Assembly: GCA_964016885.1 (NCBI GenBank)
Contig: OZ024740.1
Span: 121,148,001-121,212,000 of the forward strand
DNA length: 64,000 bases
Source: Eledone cirrhosa
Taxonomy: Eukaryota
Direction of reading: 5' to 3'
Shown: in pieces, positions 53,027 to 64,000 of the stretch
Position numbering within the stretch: the stretch's first letter is position 1
Layout: every line of letters begins with the position of its first letter
Program-made: the position numbers and the translations under genes
The notes under the pieces: generated by a model
Told to the model about the DNA's origin: nothing
The model's input: only the letters and a program-made list of their open reading frames with translations
Database searches by the model: none

Positions 53027-55503
53027 TTCGTCGCAAAATCTGTCGGAGGTCACAGATTTTATAGGATTATTCCTTATAGCCAAACTCACCGATATGTTTC
53101 CTGCTTTCGGTGGTGGTTTGTACCGTGATGATGGGCTCCTTACCCTTAAAGGGTACAACCCCAGTAGTACAGATCGGGTGCGTAAACAATTAATCAGCTT
53201 CTTCCGTGACTGGGGATTTAAAATAACCCTACAAACGTCCCTGACCCGAGTTAATTTCCTGGACGTTACCTTTAATCTTAATAATGACCTGTACTACCCA
53301 TACAGGAAACCCAATGGCAACCTGCACTACATCCACCGCCGATCTAACCATCCTAGGAACATCACCAACAACCTGGTCAAAAACATCTCCCTCCGCATAT
53401 CCCGTTTGTCAGCTAATGAGAAGATATTCGATGAACATGCGCCTTACTACAACCAGGCCCTCAAGCGGAGTGGTTTCCGGGAGGAAATATCCTACTGTCC
53501 AGCTCCCATTAGCGGAACCAGCAGGCGACACTGCCGCTCACGCAATGTAACATGGTTCAATCCTCCCCACAACGCCGAGGTGACAACTCCCATCGGGAAC
53601 ATTTTCTTTAGGCTCATTGAAAAACACTTCCCACCACAACACCGCTACCACAACATAATTAACAAAAATACCATCAAACACTCTTACAGCACTACACCGA
53701 ACTTCGCACAAAACATCGTCTCCTCCAACAACAAAAAACTCAACCCCGATGGAAGAAACAACCCAAATAGCAGTGGAGAGCCGACCAGGAGGTGCAATTG
53801 TCCTGATAGATCCAGTTTCCCCCTCGACAACAGATGCAGAAACCGTAATGTGATCTACCAGTGCAACGTGAGCACGGACACCTCCAACAAAGCTTATATA
53901 GGATTAACCGCATGTGACTTCAAGACCCGGCTATACCAACACAGACATACCTTCCGGAAATCCGGCCCGGCGTCACGCCACTACACTTTCGGGCCACATA
54001 TGGGACCTCAAGGACAACAACATCAACTATGATCTCACTTGGAAATTACTGTCCAGAGCCAACTCTTACACTGGAGGACGCCGTCCGTGCAATTTATGCT
54101 CGGAGGAAACTTTACAAATGCTGTTTTCAACGGACCAACTCCTAAACAAGAAAGATGAACTGGTTACTGCATGTAAACACCGATTACGTAGGACTTACCT
54201 CGCCCTCAAACCCCATAATGACCCGGGGGGGATAGACTAGGGCTATAACACCCCACTTGCCTATTTTGTAATGGGTAACCCCTGCCTGCCAATGGAGACG
54301 TAAGATCTTCTTTTACATTCCTTTATCGCTTCCTCTATATTTCCTTCTTCCCCATCCCTCCCTAGTTCTTCTACCCCAGTTCCTTTTCTTTGTCGTCGAC
54401 TTTTTCTCCCCCACCCGAGGTAGCCCCTCGGTCCCTTGTAGCTTCAAGACCCCCACCCCCTTCCCCTATTCTATGATAGATTTGGCTGACTCCGCTTTTT
54501 ATAGCAGAGGTGTTACACTTCGGATACTTGCCCCTTCTCCGACCGCTGTTCCTTTTTTCCGTGCCTTCTATATTTCTTAGTGGCATCTTTACTTTAATTT
54601 CTCATTTATCCAGTATTTCTTTCTTCTTTTTTCCCCTTTGTTTTTGTTTTTTGGGGGGTGGGGTGGGGGGTGGGGGTGTTTCTCTATTAATTTTCCGTTC
54701 TTTACTTTTACTTCGTACGATCTTTCATGTAGCGAGTATAAGACTCTTCGTTTCGTGGCGGTACCCTTAGAGTTAGCACTAGTATTTTTTTGCGGGACCC
54801 TAAATTATATTCTCGTACTAGTTTACTTTCTTGCATTGGGTGGTTGCTGGCCCTGTGATTGGGGTAGAAACCTTTATTATTTCGTGGCAGTCTCTTTAGT
54901 ATTTTATTCTTCATTATATATATTTTTAAATTTATTTATCTATTCTTTTATTCACTTATTTGTTTATTTATTTATTTATGTATTTCTTTAGCCTAGCAAT
55001 AGCGAGAGATTTAAGTCTTAGTAACTAGACTTGGCTTATTTATTTTTTTTTTCTCTCTCAGTACTGTTTATAGTTTTACCCCTCATTGTTCTACTTAGCG
55101 TTTCGAATTCCTCCCCCCTCCCCAGTATCCATTTGACCTCACGCCCAGCTGTAGCCGGCACTACCAACGCATGAATGGGTCTACTCCACCCACTCTCCCT
55201 TTTTCTCCTACCTTCAGGTTTAGCTACCACTTCCCCCACCAATTTGCCATCACCGATTTACTACTAACTTGTGATGTGACCAATCCTGGTGATTGTCTCT
55301 TTGACCATATATCGAATTACCCCTTGATAAGCTCGGCTATTTAAATACCAGAATAAATTTTCATTCAGTCCAGAATTAGCCGTCGAAACGGCTTGAGCTC
55401 AGCCGTCGGGGTCTTACTTGTTCCTATTACCCACTCTACTATCCTAAGTATTGAGTACTTTGGTGCGTTATGGCCCACCTGGTTCCTTACCACATTTCCT
55501 TCG

Positions 55504-55504
<1 letters not shown>
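53027..55504 (+). mobile_element. 5'-truncated Hydra-type PLE (RT C-terminal half + GIY-YIG, one frameshift near 53960) with 3' UTR/pLTR
   Basis: SEVTDFIGL, GGGLYRDDGL, VNFLDVTF, SNHP, VTWFNPP, CNCPDR..VIYQC..AYIGLT, CNLCSEE; ends cacatttccttcgt then (TA)n. Confidence 0.92.
55319..55412 (+). ncRNA. Type I hammerhead with U3-A8 covariant core
   Basis: acccc-TTGATAA-gctcggcta...tagccgtc-GAAA-cggc ttgagctca gccg-TC-ggggt. Confidence 0.78.
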
Positions 55505-55573
<69 letters not shown>

Positions 55574-55576
<3 letters not shown>

Positions 55577-55760
55577 AAAACGTATGACCCGACAGCAGAG
55601 CTCAAGCCGTTTCGACGGCCATGTCCAGAAATATCCGTCGAAACGGCTTGAGCTCTGCCGACGGGGTCTCTACGTTTTCCTATTTCCCACTCTACTACCC
55701 TAAGTATTGAGTACTCTGGTGCGTTATGGTTCATTTGGTTCCTTACCACAATTCCTTTGT
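55574..55760 (+). mobile_element. Short fold-back pLTR derivative of the same PLE family
   Basis: Hairpin 55575-55680 built from HHR stem II/III sequence, then the family 3' terminus; between (TA)n tracts. Confidence 0.75.
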
Positions 55761-55839
<79 letters not shown>

Positions 55840-56138
55840 TGAAACAAAATGAAAACGAAATTTCATTTCTCACTCTTAGTATGGCACTTACTTAAATGTA
55901 AGTATGCATGTATACGTACATACATATATGTATACAGACGTACAGTAGCATGCACATATATATATATATATATACATATATACATACATATGCATACAGG
56001 TACACATACATATATGCACGTATCAGTTTAGCGGCGCTAACGTCGCTTTGTTCGTTTGTAAACAAACTGAACAGCCTGAATTTATGCCATACGGTGTTAA
56101 GGCAACCACGTCACCTTTTTGTTCAACACTGACACAGG

Positions 56139-56183
56139 AACGATGTACTAGTTTCAAGCTTGTTAGCTATCATCAGCACCGTT
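56139..56183 (-). ncRNA. Type I hammerhead (also at 56607-56651, 57075-57119 and 57543-57587)
   Basis: Reverse complement reads aacggtg-CTGATGA-t agct aaca agct t-GAAA-ctag-TA-catcgtt. Confidence 0.9.
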
Positions 56184-57658
56184 TACCCATCTGCCAGATA
56201 GTTGAACGTTCGAAAGTATATACTTTCCTTATGAAAATTAACGGCTGAGCAGCCTAATTTGCATATTGAGTGAGTTAAATCGGTCAGGCATACCGAAAAC
56301 GATAAATTGAAACAAAATGAAAACGAAATTTCATTTCTCACTCTTAGTATGGCACTTACTTAAATGTAAGTATGCATGTATACGTACATACATATATGTA
56401 TACAGACGTACAGTAGCATGCACATATATATATATATATATACATATATACATACATATGCATACAGGTACACATACATATATGCACGTATCAGTTTAGC
56501 GGCGCTAACGTCGCTTTGTTCGTTTGTAAACAAACTGAACAGCCTGAATTTATGCCATACGGTGTTAAGGCAACCACGTCACCTTTTTGTTCAACACTGA
56601 CACAGGAACGATGTACTAGTTTCAAGCTTGTTAGCTATCATCAGCACCGTTTACCCATCTGCCAGATAGTTGAACGTTCGAAAGTATATACTTTCCTTAT
56701 GAAAATTAACGGCTGAGCAGCCTAATTTGCATATTGAGTGAGTTAAATCGGTCAGGCATACCGAAAACGATAAATTGAAACAAAATGAAAACGAAATTTC
56801 ATTTCTCACTCTTAGTATGGCACTTACTTAAATGTAAGTATGCATGTATACGTACATACATATATGTATACAGACGTACAGTAGCATGCACATATATATA
56901 TATATATATACATATATACATACATATGCATACAGGTACACATACATATATGCACGTATCAGTTTAGCGGCGCTAACGTCGCTTTGTTCGTTTGTAAACA
57001 AACTGAACAGCCTGAATTTATGCCATACGGTGTTAAGGCAACCACGTCACCTTTTTGTTCAACACTGACACAGGAACGATGTACTAGTTTCAAGCTTGTT
57101 AGCTATCATCAGCACCGTTTACCCATCTGCCAGATAGTTGAACGTTCGAAAGTATATACTTTCCTTATGAAAATTAACGGCTGAGCAGCCTAATTTGCAT
57201 ATTGAGTGAGTTAAATCGGTCAGGCATACCGAAAACGATAAATTGAAACAAAATGAAAACGAAATTTCATTTCTCACTCTTAGTATGGCACTTACTTAAA
57301 TGTAAGTATGCATGTATACGTACATACATATATGTATACAGACGTACAGTAGCATGCACATATATATATATATATATACATATATACATACATATGCATA
57401 CAGGTACACATACATATATGCACGTATCAGTTTAGCGGCGCTAACGTCGCTTTGTTCGTTTGTAAACAAACTGAACAGCCTGAATTTATGCCATACGGTG
57501 TTAAGGCAACCACGTCACCTTTTTGTTCAACACTGACACAGGAACGATGTACTAGTTTCAAGCTTGTTAGCTATCATCAGCACCGTTTACCCATCTGCCA
57601 GATAGTTGAACGTTCGAAAGTATATACTTTCCTTATGAAAATTAACGGCTGAGCAGCC

Positions 57659-57742
57659 TAAGTGCCATACTAAGTGCCATACTAAGTGTCATACTAAGTG
57701 CCATACTAAGTGCCATACTAAGTGCCATACTAAGTGCCATAC
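57659..57742 (+). repeat. (TAAGTGCCATAC)x7 at the inversion junction
   Basis: Seven 12-mers (one with a C>T change); the 12-mer occurs once in the normal monomer. Confidence 0.95.
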
Positions 57743-57905
57743 TAAGAGTGAGAAATGAAATTTCGTTTTCATTTTGTTTCAATTTATCGTTTTCGGTATG
57801 CCTGACCGATTTAACTCACTCAATATGCAAATTAGGCTGCTCAGCCGTTAATTTTCATAAGGAAAGTATATACTTTCGAACGTTCAACTATCTGGCAGAT
57901 GGGTA

Positions 57906-57950
57906 AACGGTGCTGATGATAGCTAACAAGCTTGAAACTAGTACATCGTT
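57906..57950 (+). ncRNA. Type I hammerhead (also at 58374-58418)
   Basis: aacggtg-CTGATGA-tagctaacaagctt-GAAA-ctag-TA-catcgtt; 7-bp stem I, palindromic ACTAGT stem III, GUA site. Confidence 0.9.
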
Positions 57951-58656
57951 CCTGTGTCAGTGTTGAACAAAAAGGTGACGTGGTTGCCTTAACACCGTAT
58001 GGCATAAATTCAGGCGGTTCAGTTTGTTTACAAACGAACAAAGCGACGTTAGCGCCGCTAAACTGATACGTGCATATATGTATGTGTACCTGTATGCATA
58101 TGTATGTATATATGTATATATATATATATATATGTGCATGCTACTGTACGTCTGTATACATATATGTATGTACGTATACATGCATACTTACATTTAAGTA
58201 AGTGCCATACTAAGAGTGAGAAATGAAATTTCGTTTTCATTTTGTTTCAATTTATCGTTTTCGGTATGCCTGACCGATTTAACTCACTCAATATGCAAAT
58301 TAGGCTGCTCAGCCGTTAATTTTCATAAGGAAAGTATATACTTTCGAACGTTCAACTATCTGGCAGATGGGTAAACGGTGCTGATGATAGCTAACAAGCT
58401 TGAAACTAGTACATCGTTCCTGTGTCAGTGTTGAACAAAAAGGTGACGTGGTTGCCTTAACACCGTATGGCATAAATTCAGGCTGTTCAGTTTGTTTACA
58501 AACGAACAAAGCGACGTTAGCGCCGCTAAACTGATACGTGCATATATGTATGTGTACCTGTATGCATATGTATGTATATATGTATATATATATATATATA
58601 TGTGCATGCTACTGTACGTCTGTATACATATATGTATGTACGTATACATGCATACT

Positions 58657-58733
<77 letters not shown>

Positions 58734-58970
58734 TTATATATATATATAAAAGAAAATATTCACTCTCCATGGCTGAATACAATAAATGTAATCTGAGTTT
58801 TTCGAATATTAATAATAACATTCGTTTCGTTTGCTATTACGCAAAGAAACCTCAATTTTATAACCATGTCAGTAGAATGAAACCTTCATTCTTGCTCTTG
58901 TGTTGGCATGTCAACATTTTGAAAATAGCATATATTTTCTCTAACTCTGACAGTTTGGCAGCTGAACAGT

Positions 58971-59020
58971 GAGCTGTACTGATGAAGGGTGATACCCAGA
59001 AACATTAGCGTCTGCAGTTC
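58971..59020 (+). ncRNA. Type I hammerhead (family of 39682-39743) within short inverted-arm element 58745-59115
   Basis: gagctgta-CTGATGA-agggt gat accca-GAAA-cattagcg-TC-tgcagttc. Confidence 0.82.
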
Positions 59021-59119
59021 TATTCACCTGCCAACACAAGAGCAAGAATGAAAGGTTCATTCTACTGACATGGCTATAACATTGAGGCTGGTTTGCATAA
59101 TTGCAAATGCATCGATCCT

Positions 59120-59937
59120 GACAGAGAGAACCCAACATGTTGTAGTCGAAGGAGTATAATCAAGCCTAGCCAAAGTCAGTAGTTGCGTCCCACAACACAC
59201 TGTGACGGACCCACTTCTTTTCATCATCTATATTAATAATATTACTGACATCATCAAGCACAGTAATATAAGAATCTTCGCAGATGATTCGAAGCTACAA
59301 AGGGTCATCAATGAGGTGGGTGACTGAACTTGCTTTCAGTCAGACCTACTGTCTGTTATCCAATGGGCAGAAAAGAACAATATGCTACAAAATGAGGATA
59401 AGTTCGAGTTAATCCACTTTGGAAAAAAGGATGCCCTGAAACTCGCATACAATCTTTTTTCAGTTGAAACTCTCGTGCGATCCAACAATATCAGAGACTT
59501 GAGAGTAATTCTGGCCAACAACATAAGCTGCGCCACTCATATAAACAGCAAAGTTGACATGGCCCGCAGAACGTGTTCCTGGATTCTCAGAATCTTCCAG
59601 TCGAAATATATCCACATACTTATCCTTCTCTTCTTCACTTTTTTCCCGACCCCACCTTGAATACTGTTGTCCACTGTGGTCTCCCCACAGAGAAACAAAG
59701 TATCATTAAAGTTGAAGCAACCTAAAGGTCAATTACAAAAAAGATAGATGGCATGATAGGTCTTGACTATTGGAGTCGATTAGAAAAGCTCAACCTTTAT
59801 TCTCTCCACCATCACCGTGAGCGCTACATTATCTGCATGACGTGGAAAAGATATCATCAGCATTTCCCAAATGATGTTGGCATCATCTTTAAGGTACACC
59901 CAAGGCTTGGGCCCCGTGCTATCCGCCCACATAGAAA
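59120..59937 (+). pseudogene. Decayed CR1/L2-like LINE RT fragment
   Basis: VPQHTVTDPLLFIIYINNI, IFADDSKL, EYCCPLWSP, LDYWSRLEKLNLYSL..RERY. Confidence 0.8.
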
Positions 59938-60009
<72 letters not shown>

Positions 60010-60111
60010 ATGTATATATGTGTGTGTACGTATCCATACTTACTTTTAAGTATCAGCTTTGCTAGAACGAGATATAAAATTCTTATTTTATTTTTAATGT
60101 AATTATACCCC

Positions 60112-60155
<44 letters not shown>

Positions 60156-60302
60156 ATACTTTGGCTGGGTCATGTTGCCAATAAGAAACAATCGCACCAG
60201 TTGCTTTCAGTCCAATTTTTATGAATTAAATTCATAAATTTAAGAAAAATGTACATTTCCGGTTGGTTGTTGGTTCCACAACTGGACGGTTGTTCATATA
60301 TT

Positions 60303-60345
60303 GTCAAAGTTCTTTCGACACACATTTTGTGACCTCTTCAGTGAC
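60303..60345 (-). ncRNA. Minimal hammerhead in a PLE 3' terminus starting at 60151
   Basis: gtca-CTGAAGA-ggtcacaaaatgtgtgtc-GAAA-gaac-TT-tgac; terminus ttgttatactttggctgggtcatg shared with 344 and 13842. Confidence 0.65.
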
Positions 60346-61011
60346 TGGGCATTCTTTTCTTTGTTTTGTGCCTCGCCTTTGTTAACCAACATAACCAAAA
60401 TAGCAATAATAATATTTCTAGCAATATCCAGTATAATAGTCCCGTTCCGAGCAACAACAAATCAATAAAATGTAACTGTAGAATCAAATAAAACTGCCCT
60501 TTACAAAATAATTGTTTAGATAAAAACGTAGTTTATAAATGCACAGTTAAAGCTAGAGATAAATATTTAACTCTGTGGGCGCCACTTCTACAAAATGTAA
60601 AGTATGCTCTAATAACTATAATCATTCTTTCATAGATCTGATAACAAATCTTCTACTTCACTTTCACATCTTATATGGAACTTAAAAGGCAATAATATAG
60701 ACTATTCAATATCTTAGAAAACGATTTCGAAAGCACCTGCATAGTGAAATATGGCTTTATCAAGATTCTGTAAATTGTGTATTGAAGACATTTTTTATAT
60801 AATTAACTCTCAAAACTCTATTAATCTCAGGACAGAGTTATTTTCATCGCCAAAATTCCACGTTCAGAACTATGTCTAATTTATAATATTCCTATAATCC
60901 TTCAAAATGATCCTATCCTCCTTAACAATTTAAAATTATTAATATTTTAATATTTCTAAATGTGAATACCTCTAATATTTATAATACATTGACGTTTCAG
61001 CAAAAAATATA

Positions 61012-61144
<133 letters not shown>

Positions 61145-62062
61145 GTATATCATTTTAATTTTTAATTTTTAATTTCTAATTTTTAATTCTTACATTATTA
61201 TTTTTCGAATGACACCCTCTAAAGATATATTTTTTAGATGTAGATTGGTAATCATTAACTGACATTAGAAATATTTATCCTTTTCACGACAGTTTCTTAG
61301 ATAAGCACATTACCTATATCCTCTTTTTGATTTTCAAACATTCACACATCTTTCGACTAAAACAATTAATCTCACGCTAACTCATCAAATTTATTGATTA
61401 ACAAACACAATTGGAGTTATCTTTCCTTTCTCAATCGTGTAAATTAACAATATTATGAAAACATTTTCAAAGCTGAACAAAATATCCAAATCTATAAATT
61501 GTTCTCATCTCATAACTTGAAATACCTATTTATTTACATAAAACACAAAATCAAAATCCCTCGTAACTCATACTACAAACAACTAATAATTATAAATTAA
61601 CTATATATCTCTTTAATACTAATACTTATTCAATTATTAATATATACAGATATTTATCTTATTACAATGTTGTAGTAGGTTATAATCTACTACAAAATTG
61701 TAATAAGATAAATACTTACAAACAATTCTCCATATAAGTATATACATAATATAAGTAAATATTCAACATTTTCCCCCCAAATTAACGTAAATAAAATGTC
61801 TTCTTTTCTTTTTTCCTTTTTTGTTTTCTTTTTTCTTCCTTTTCTTTCTTTCCTACTAATACAATCACATATCTAAATTCTCCATAGCGTGTAAAATAGC
61901 GTTTTTTTCAAACATTTAAATCAACCTCATTTACATATTCATTTGTATACTCATCTTAAACATTTTGAAAAATCTGTCTCTAAGTCCACTATCCAAGGAA
62001 AATTTCAACGGTTAAGGTATGTTCCTTGGCTATGTCAAAATTTATAAAATACACTTTGCGAT

Positions 62063-62116
62063 TTATCTGATGAAAGAGTACCAAAGTTTTTAGTACCCTT
62101 GAAATATATATAATAG
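62063..62116 (+). ncRNA. Minimal type I hammerhead
   Basis: ttat-CTGATGA-aagagtac caaagttttta gtaccctt-GAAA-tatata-TA-atag. Confidence 0.7.
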
Positions 62117-62240
62117 AATAAATATGGTTTTATAAAATATAGTTTCCATTTATTTAATATTTTGGTGTAAGATGTGTTGTTGTAACCAATTTGGTTGAAG
62201 ATGTAAATTCCAATTTAGCGGAGAAGTATATTTCAGAAGT

Positions 62241-62672
62241 TGTAATGTCGCCACGAGGAACCAGGTTTGGTAGGGAGATATGATAGGAATATCAACAACG
62301 ACTTTAGCTTGGTTTTACCTTATTTATTAACAGAGGTTGAGCTGGCATGCCAAGAGAAATGAAATAATTCAATTAAGATTACAAGAGAAGATACGGGCGA
62401 CTGGCTGAAGGCGTTTGGCCAGGCTCGTAGGTAATGTTTTGTCGTTACATATTGTTTGTGCTTACGAAGAAAAAGAACAAGCGGTGTTTACTTTTGCATG
62501 GTCCAGCTGCGAGTCCTCTAGCCTGGAAGTGGTGGCGTCCTCAAATCTTTGCGGGCTATTTCTCCCTCAGAACGCGTGGGGATACATCCTCTTCTACTGG
62601 CGCTGATTGGCTGAGCTGAGCCAAATCACGCACAGAGAATGTATGTGAGCCCGCGGAATGTAGGTCACTACA
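62241..62672 (-). mobile_element. Possible solo LTR
   Basis: TGTAATG...CACTACA imperfect inverted TG..CA ends, GC-richer ~430-bp block, minus-strand AATAAA; no target-site duplication seen. Confidence 0.35.
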
Positions 62673-64000
62673 TCAGCTTCGAGCAGATTTTCAGCCGAAA
62701 ATCGTTAACGAAGAAACCGAGGACCCACAGATAATTGAATCAGCAAGAACAAATGCTGAAAGAGCATATCAATGAAAAAATAATTTCGCAGAAAGATGCA
62801 TGCAAGAACAAAAAAAATTAGGCGCGACGGGCCGTGTTGAGCCGCTGTCAAATGACTAGCTGTATTGTAGTTTATACGTGACGACAAAGGTCTACCAGAA
62901 AACAGATAAAGTCTGACATGGGCGAAGTTGCTGTTATTGCCTTAAATGTTAATTGTAAGCGTTGTACCAGTAGCTGTGAACGAAGCTATTATGGTAGTTT
63001 ACCAGTACTGGCGAGAAAATGATGGCCTCCCAGATGTATTGCCGAATGTGCTATGGAGCCAGGAAAAAATGGCTTGTTGCTTTGATAAGGAAAATAAAAG
63101 CAAGTCGAATCTGTAGGTGAGTTGCAGTTCCATGTAATACAGCAAAGAAAATGTGTGCGTGCGGTCAATATATAATGATAGAGAGAAATTAATTTTCATA
63201 TAATACAGTTTAAAAAAAATAAATGTCCAAAATAAATGCCTGAAAAAAAAAGGAAGAAAGAAAGAATTGTTTCTTTTCTTTTAACAAAAAGTTCGCTTCT
63301 TTTTTCTTTGTGAACGCTCCTACTAGGGAGCTAGTAGAATTGTTGTTAAAGCAAAGTCACAATGAATCTTCTGTAGAGTCGAATTCGAGCGTTGAAGAAC
63401 CTAGCGTCACCGATATGGCAGCCACGTCTGACGCCATAATGATGAGAAAACTAATGTCTTAATTTCTCGAGTCCTTGTGGTAATGAGACAGAAGGTATGG
63501 TGGTTGCGTCGGTAAAGTTACAAGCCGTTTCCTGGTGTTGGCTAATAAAGCCATGTGTTGCCGCTGATGGCTGTTACTTGGTGGTAGATGTTTTTAAATC
63601 TCCTCGTGGCGTAAAGTTTTGGAAATACTGCTAATTTTTTTCTCCCAAAAAATTCTAAAGAAAATTTGAAAATATTCTAAAGAAAAAAATCATTTTCCAT
63701 GATGGCCGATCGAAAACTGTGTCCGTGATGAAGAAGCCGTCATGTGGCACGATGCAGCCAATCAGATGGCTGGGATCGAAGAAGACAAGCTGAAAGCGGG
63801 AAAACAACATTTTTGAGTCTTCATTTGCAATTTCAACAGAACGTTGAAAGCAAAATTCTATAACCAGATAAATTCTTTTTTTTTTCTGTCTTTATCAAAC
63901 TATGCTCGCAATAATAATTTTCACTCCAAAAGAGAAATATTTTGTTAGACGTCGAAAAAAAACGCTTTCTTTTGTGTTGTATTTTTTTGTTCGTCTGTAT

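Larger units (their letters stand above)
55835..58660. mobile_element. 468-bp tandem array (~3.9 copies, then ~2 inverted copies), one hammerhead per monomer: candidate non-LTR retrozyme
   Basis: ORF track repeats with an exact 468 period; units start at 55835, 56303, 56771 and 57239; inversion at about 57660; (TA)n at both ends. Confidence 0.9.

Noticed and set aside
57659-57742. 12-mer array as a CRISPR array or telomere
   Set aside because: No spacers, eukaryotic context, not TTAGGG-like; the unit derives from the adjacent monomer
55849-58649. Repeated 60-74 aa ORFs in the 468-bp array as a peptide gene cluster
   Set aside because: They span TA-rich microsatellite, have no domain features and are not preserved in the sister unit at 52529-53026
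63300-63850. Promoter with a CCAAT box (agccaatcag) near the window end
   Set aside because: Only a short motif and mild CpG enrichment; no linked gene visible

Overview
AT-rich, microsatellite-dense eukaryotic (animal) DNA, almost entirely made of mobile elements; the SINE and microsatellite style suggests a mollusc such as an octopus (inference). No host protein-coding gene can be supported. The window is dominated by Penelope-like retroelements (PLEs; RT plus C-terminal GIY-YIG endonuclease) sitting in (TA)n tracts: one apparently intact 845-aa element with identical 290-bp pseudo-LTRs (556-5023), three decayed or truncated relatives and a Penelope/Neptune-type fragment. Reading both strands by eye gives more than 20 hammerhead ribozyme (HHR) motifs from several families, including U3-A8 and U4C core variants. 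It also shows a near-identical 468-bp HHR-bearing tandem/inverted array (55835-58660) that looks like a non-LTR retrozyme copied from a circular RNA, with a telomerase-like 12-mer reiteration at its inversion junction. A diverged sister retrozyme is fused directly to a truncated PLE ORF (52529-53026), and a 552-bp repeat has the same architecture (6151-7473). Also present: a decayed R4/Dong-type LINE with a tandem copy in (TAA)n, an internally deleted mariner, RTE and CR1-like fragments, SINEs, a Helitron 3' end and a possible solo LTR. All calls come from visual reading; no searches or folding were run.
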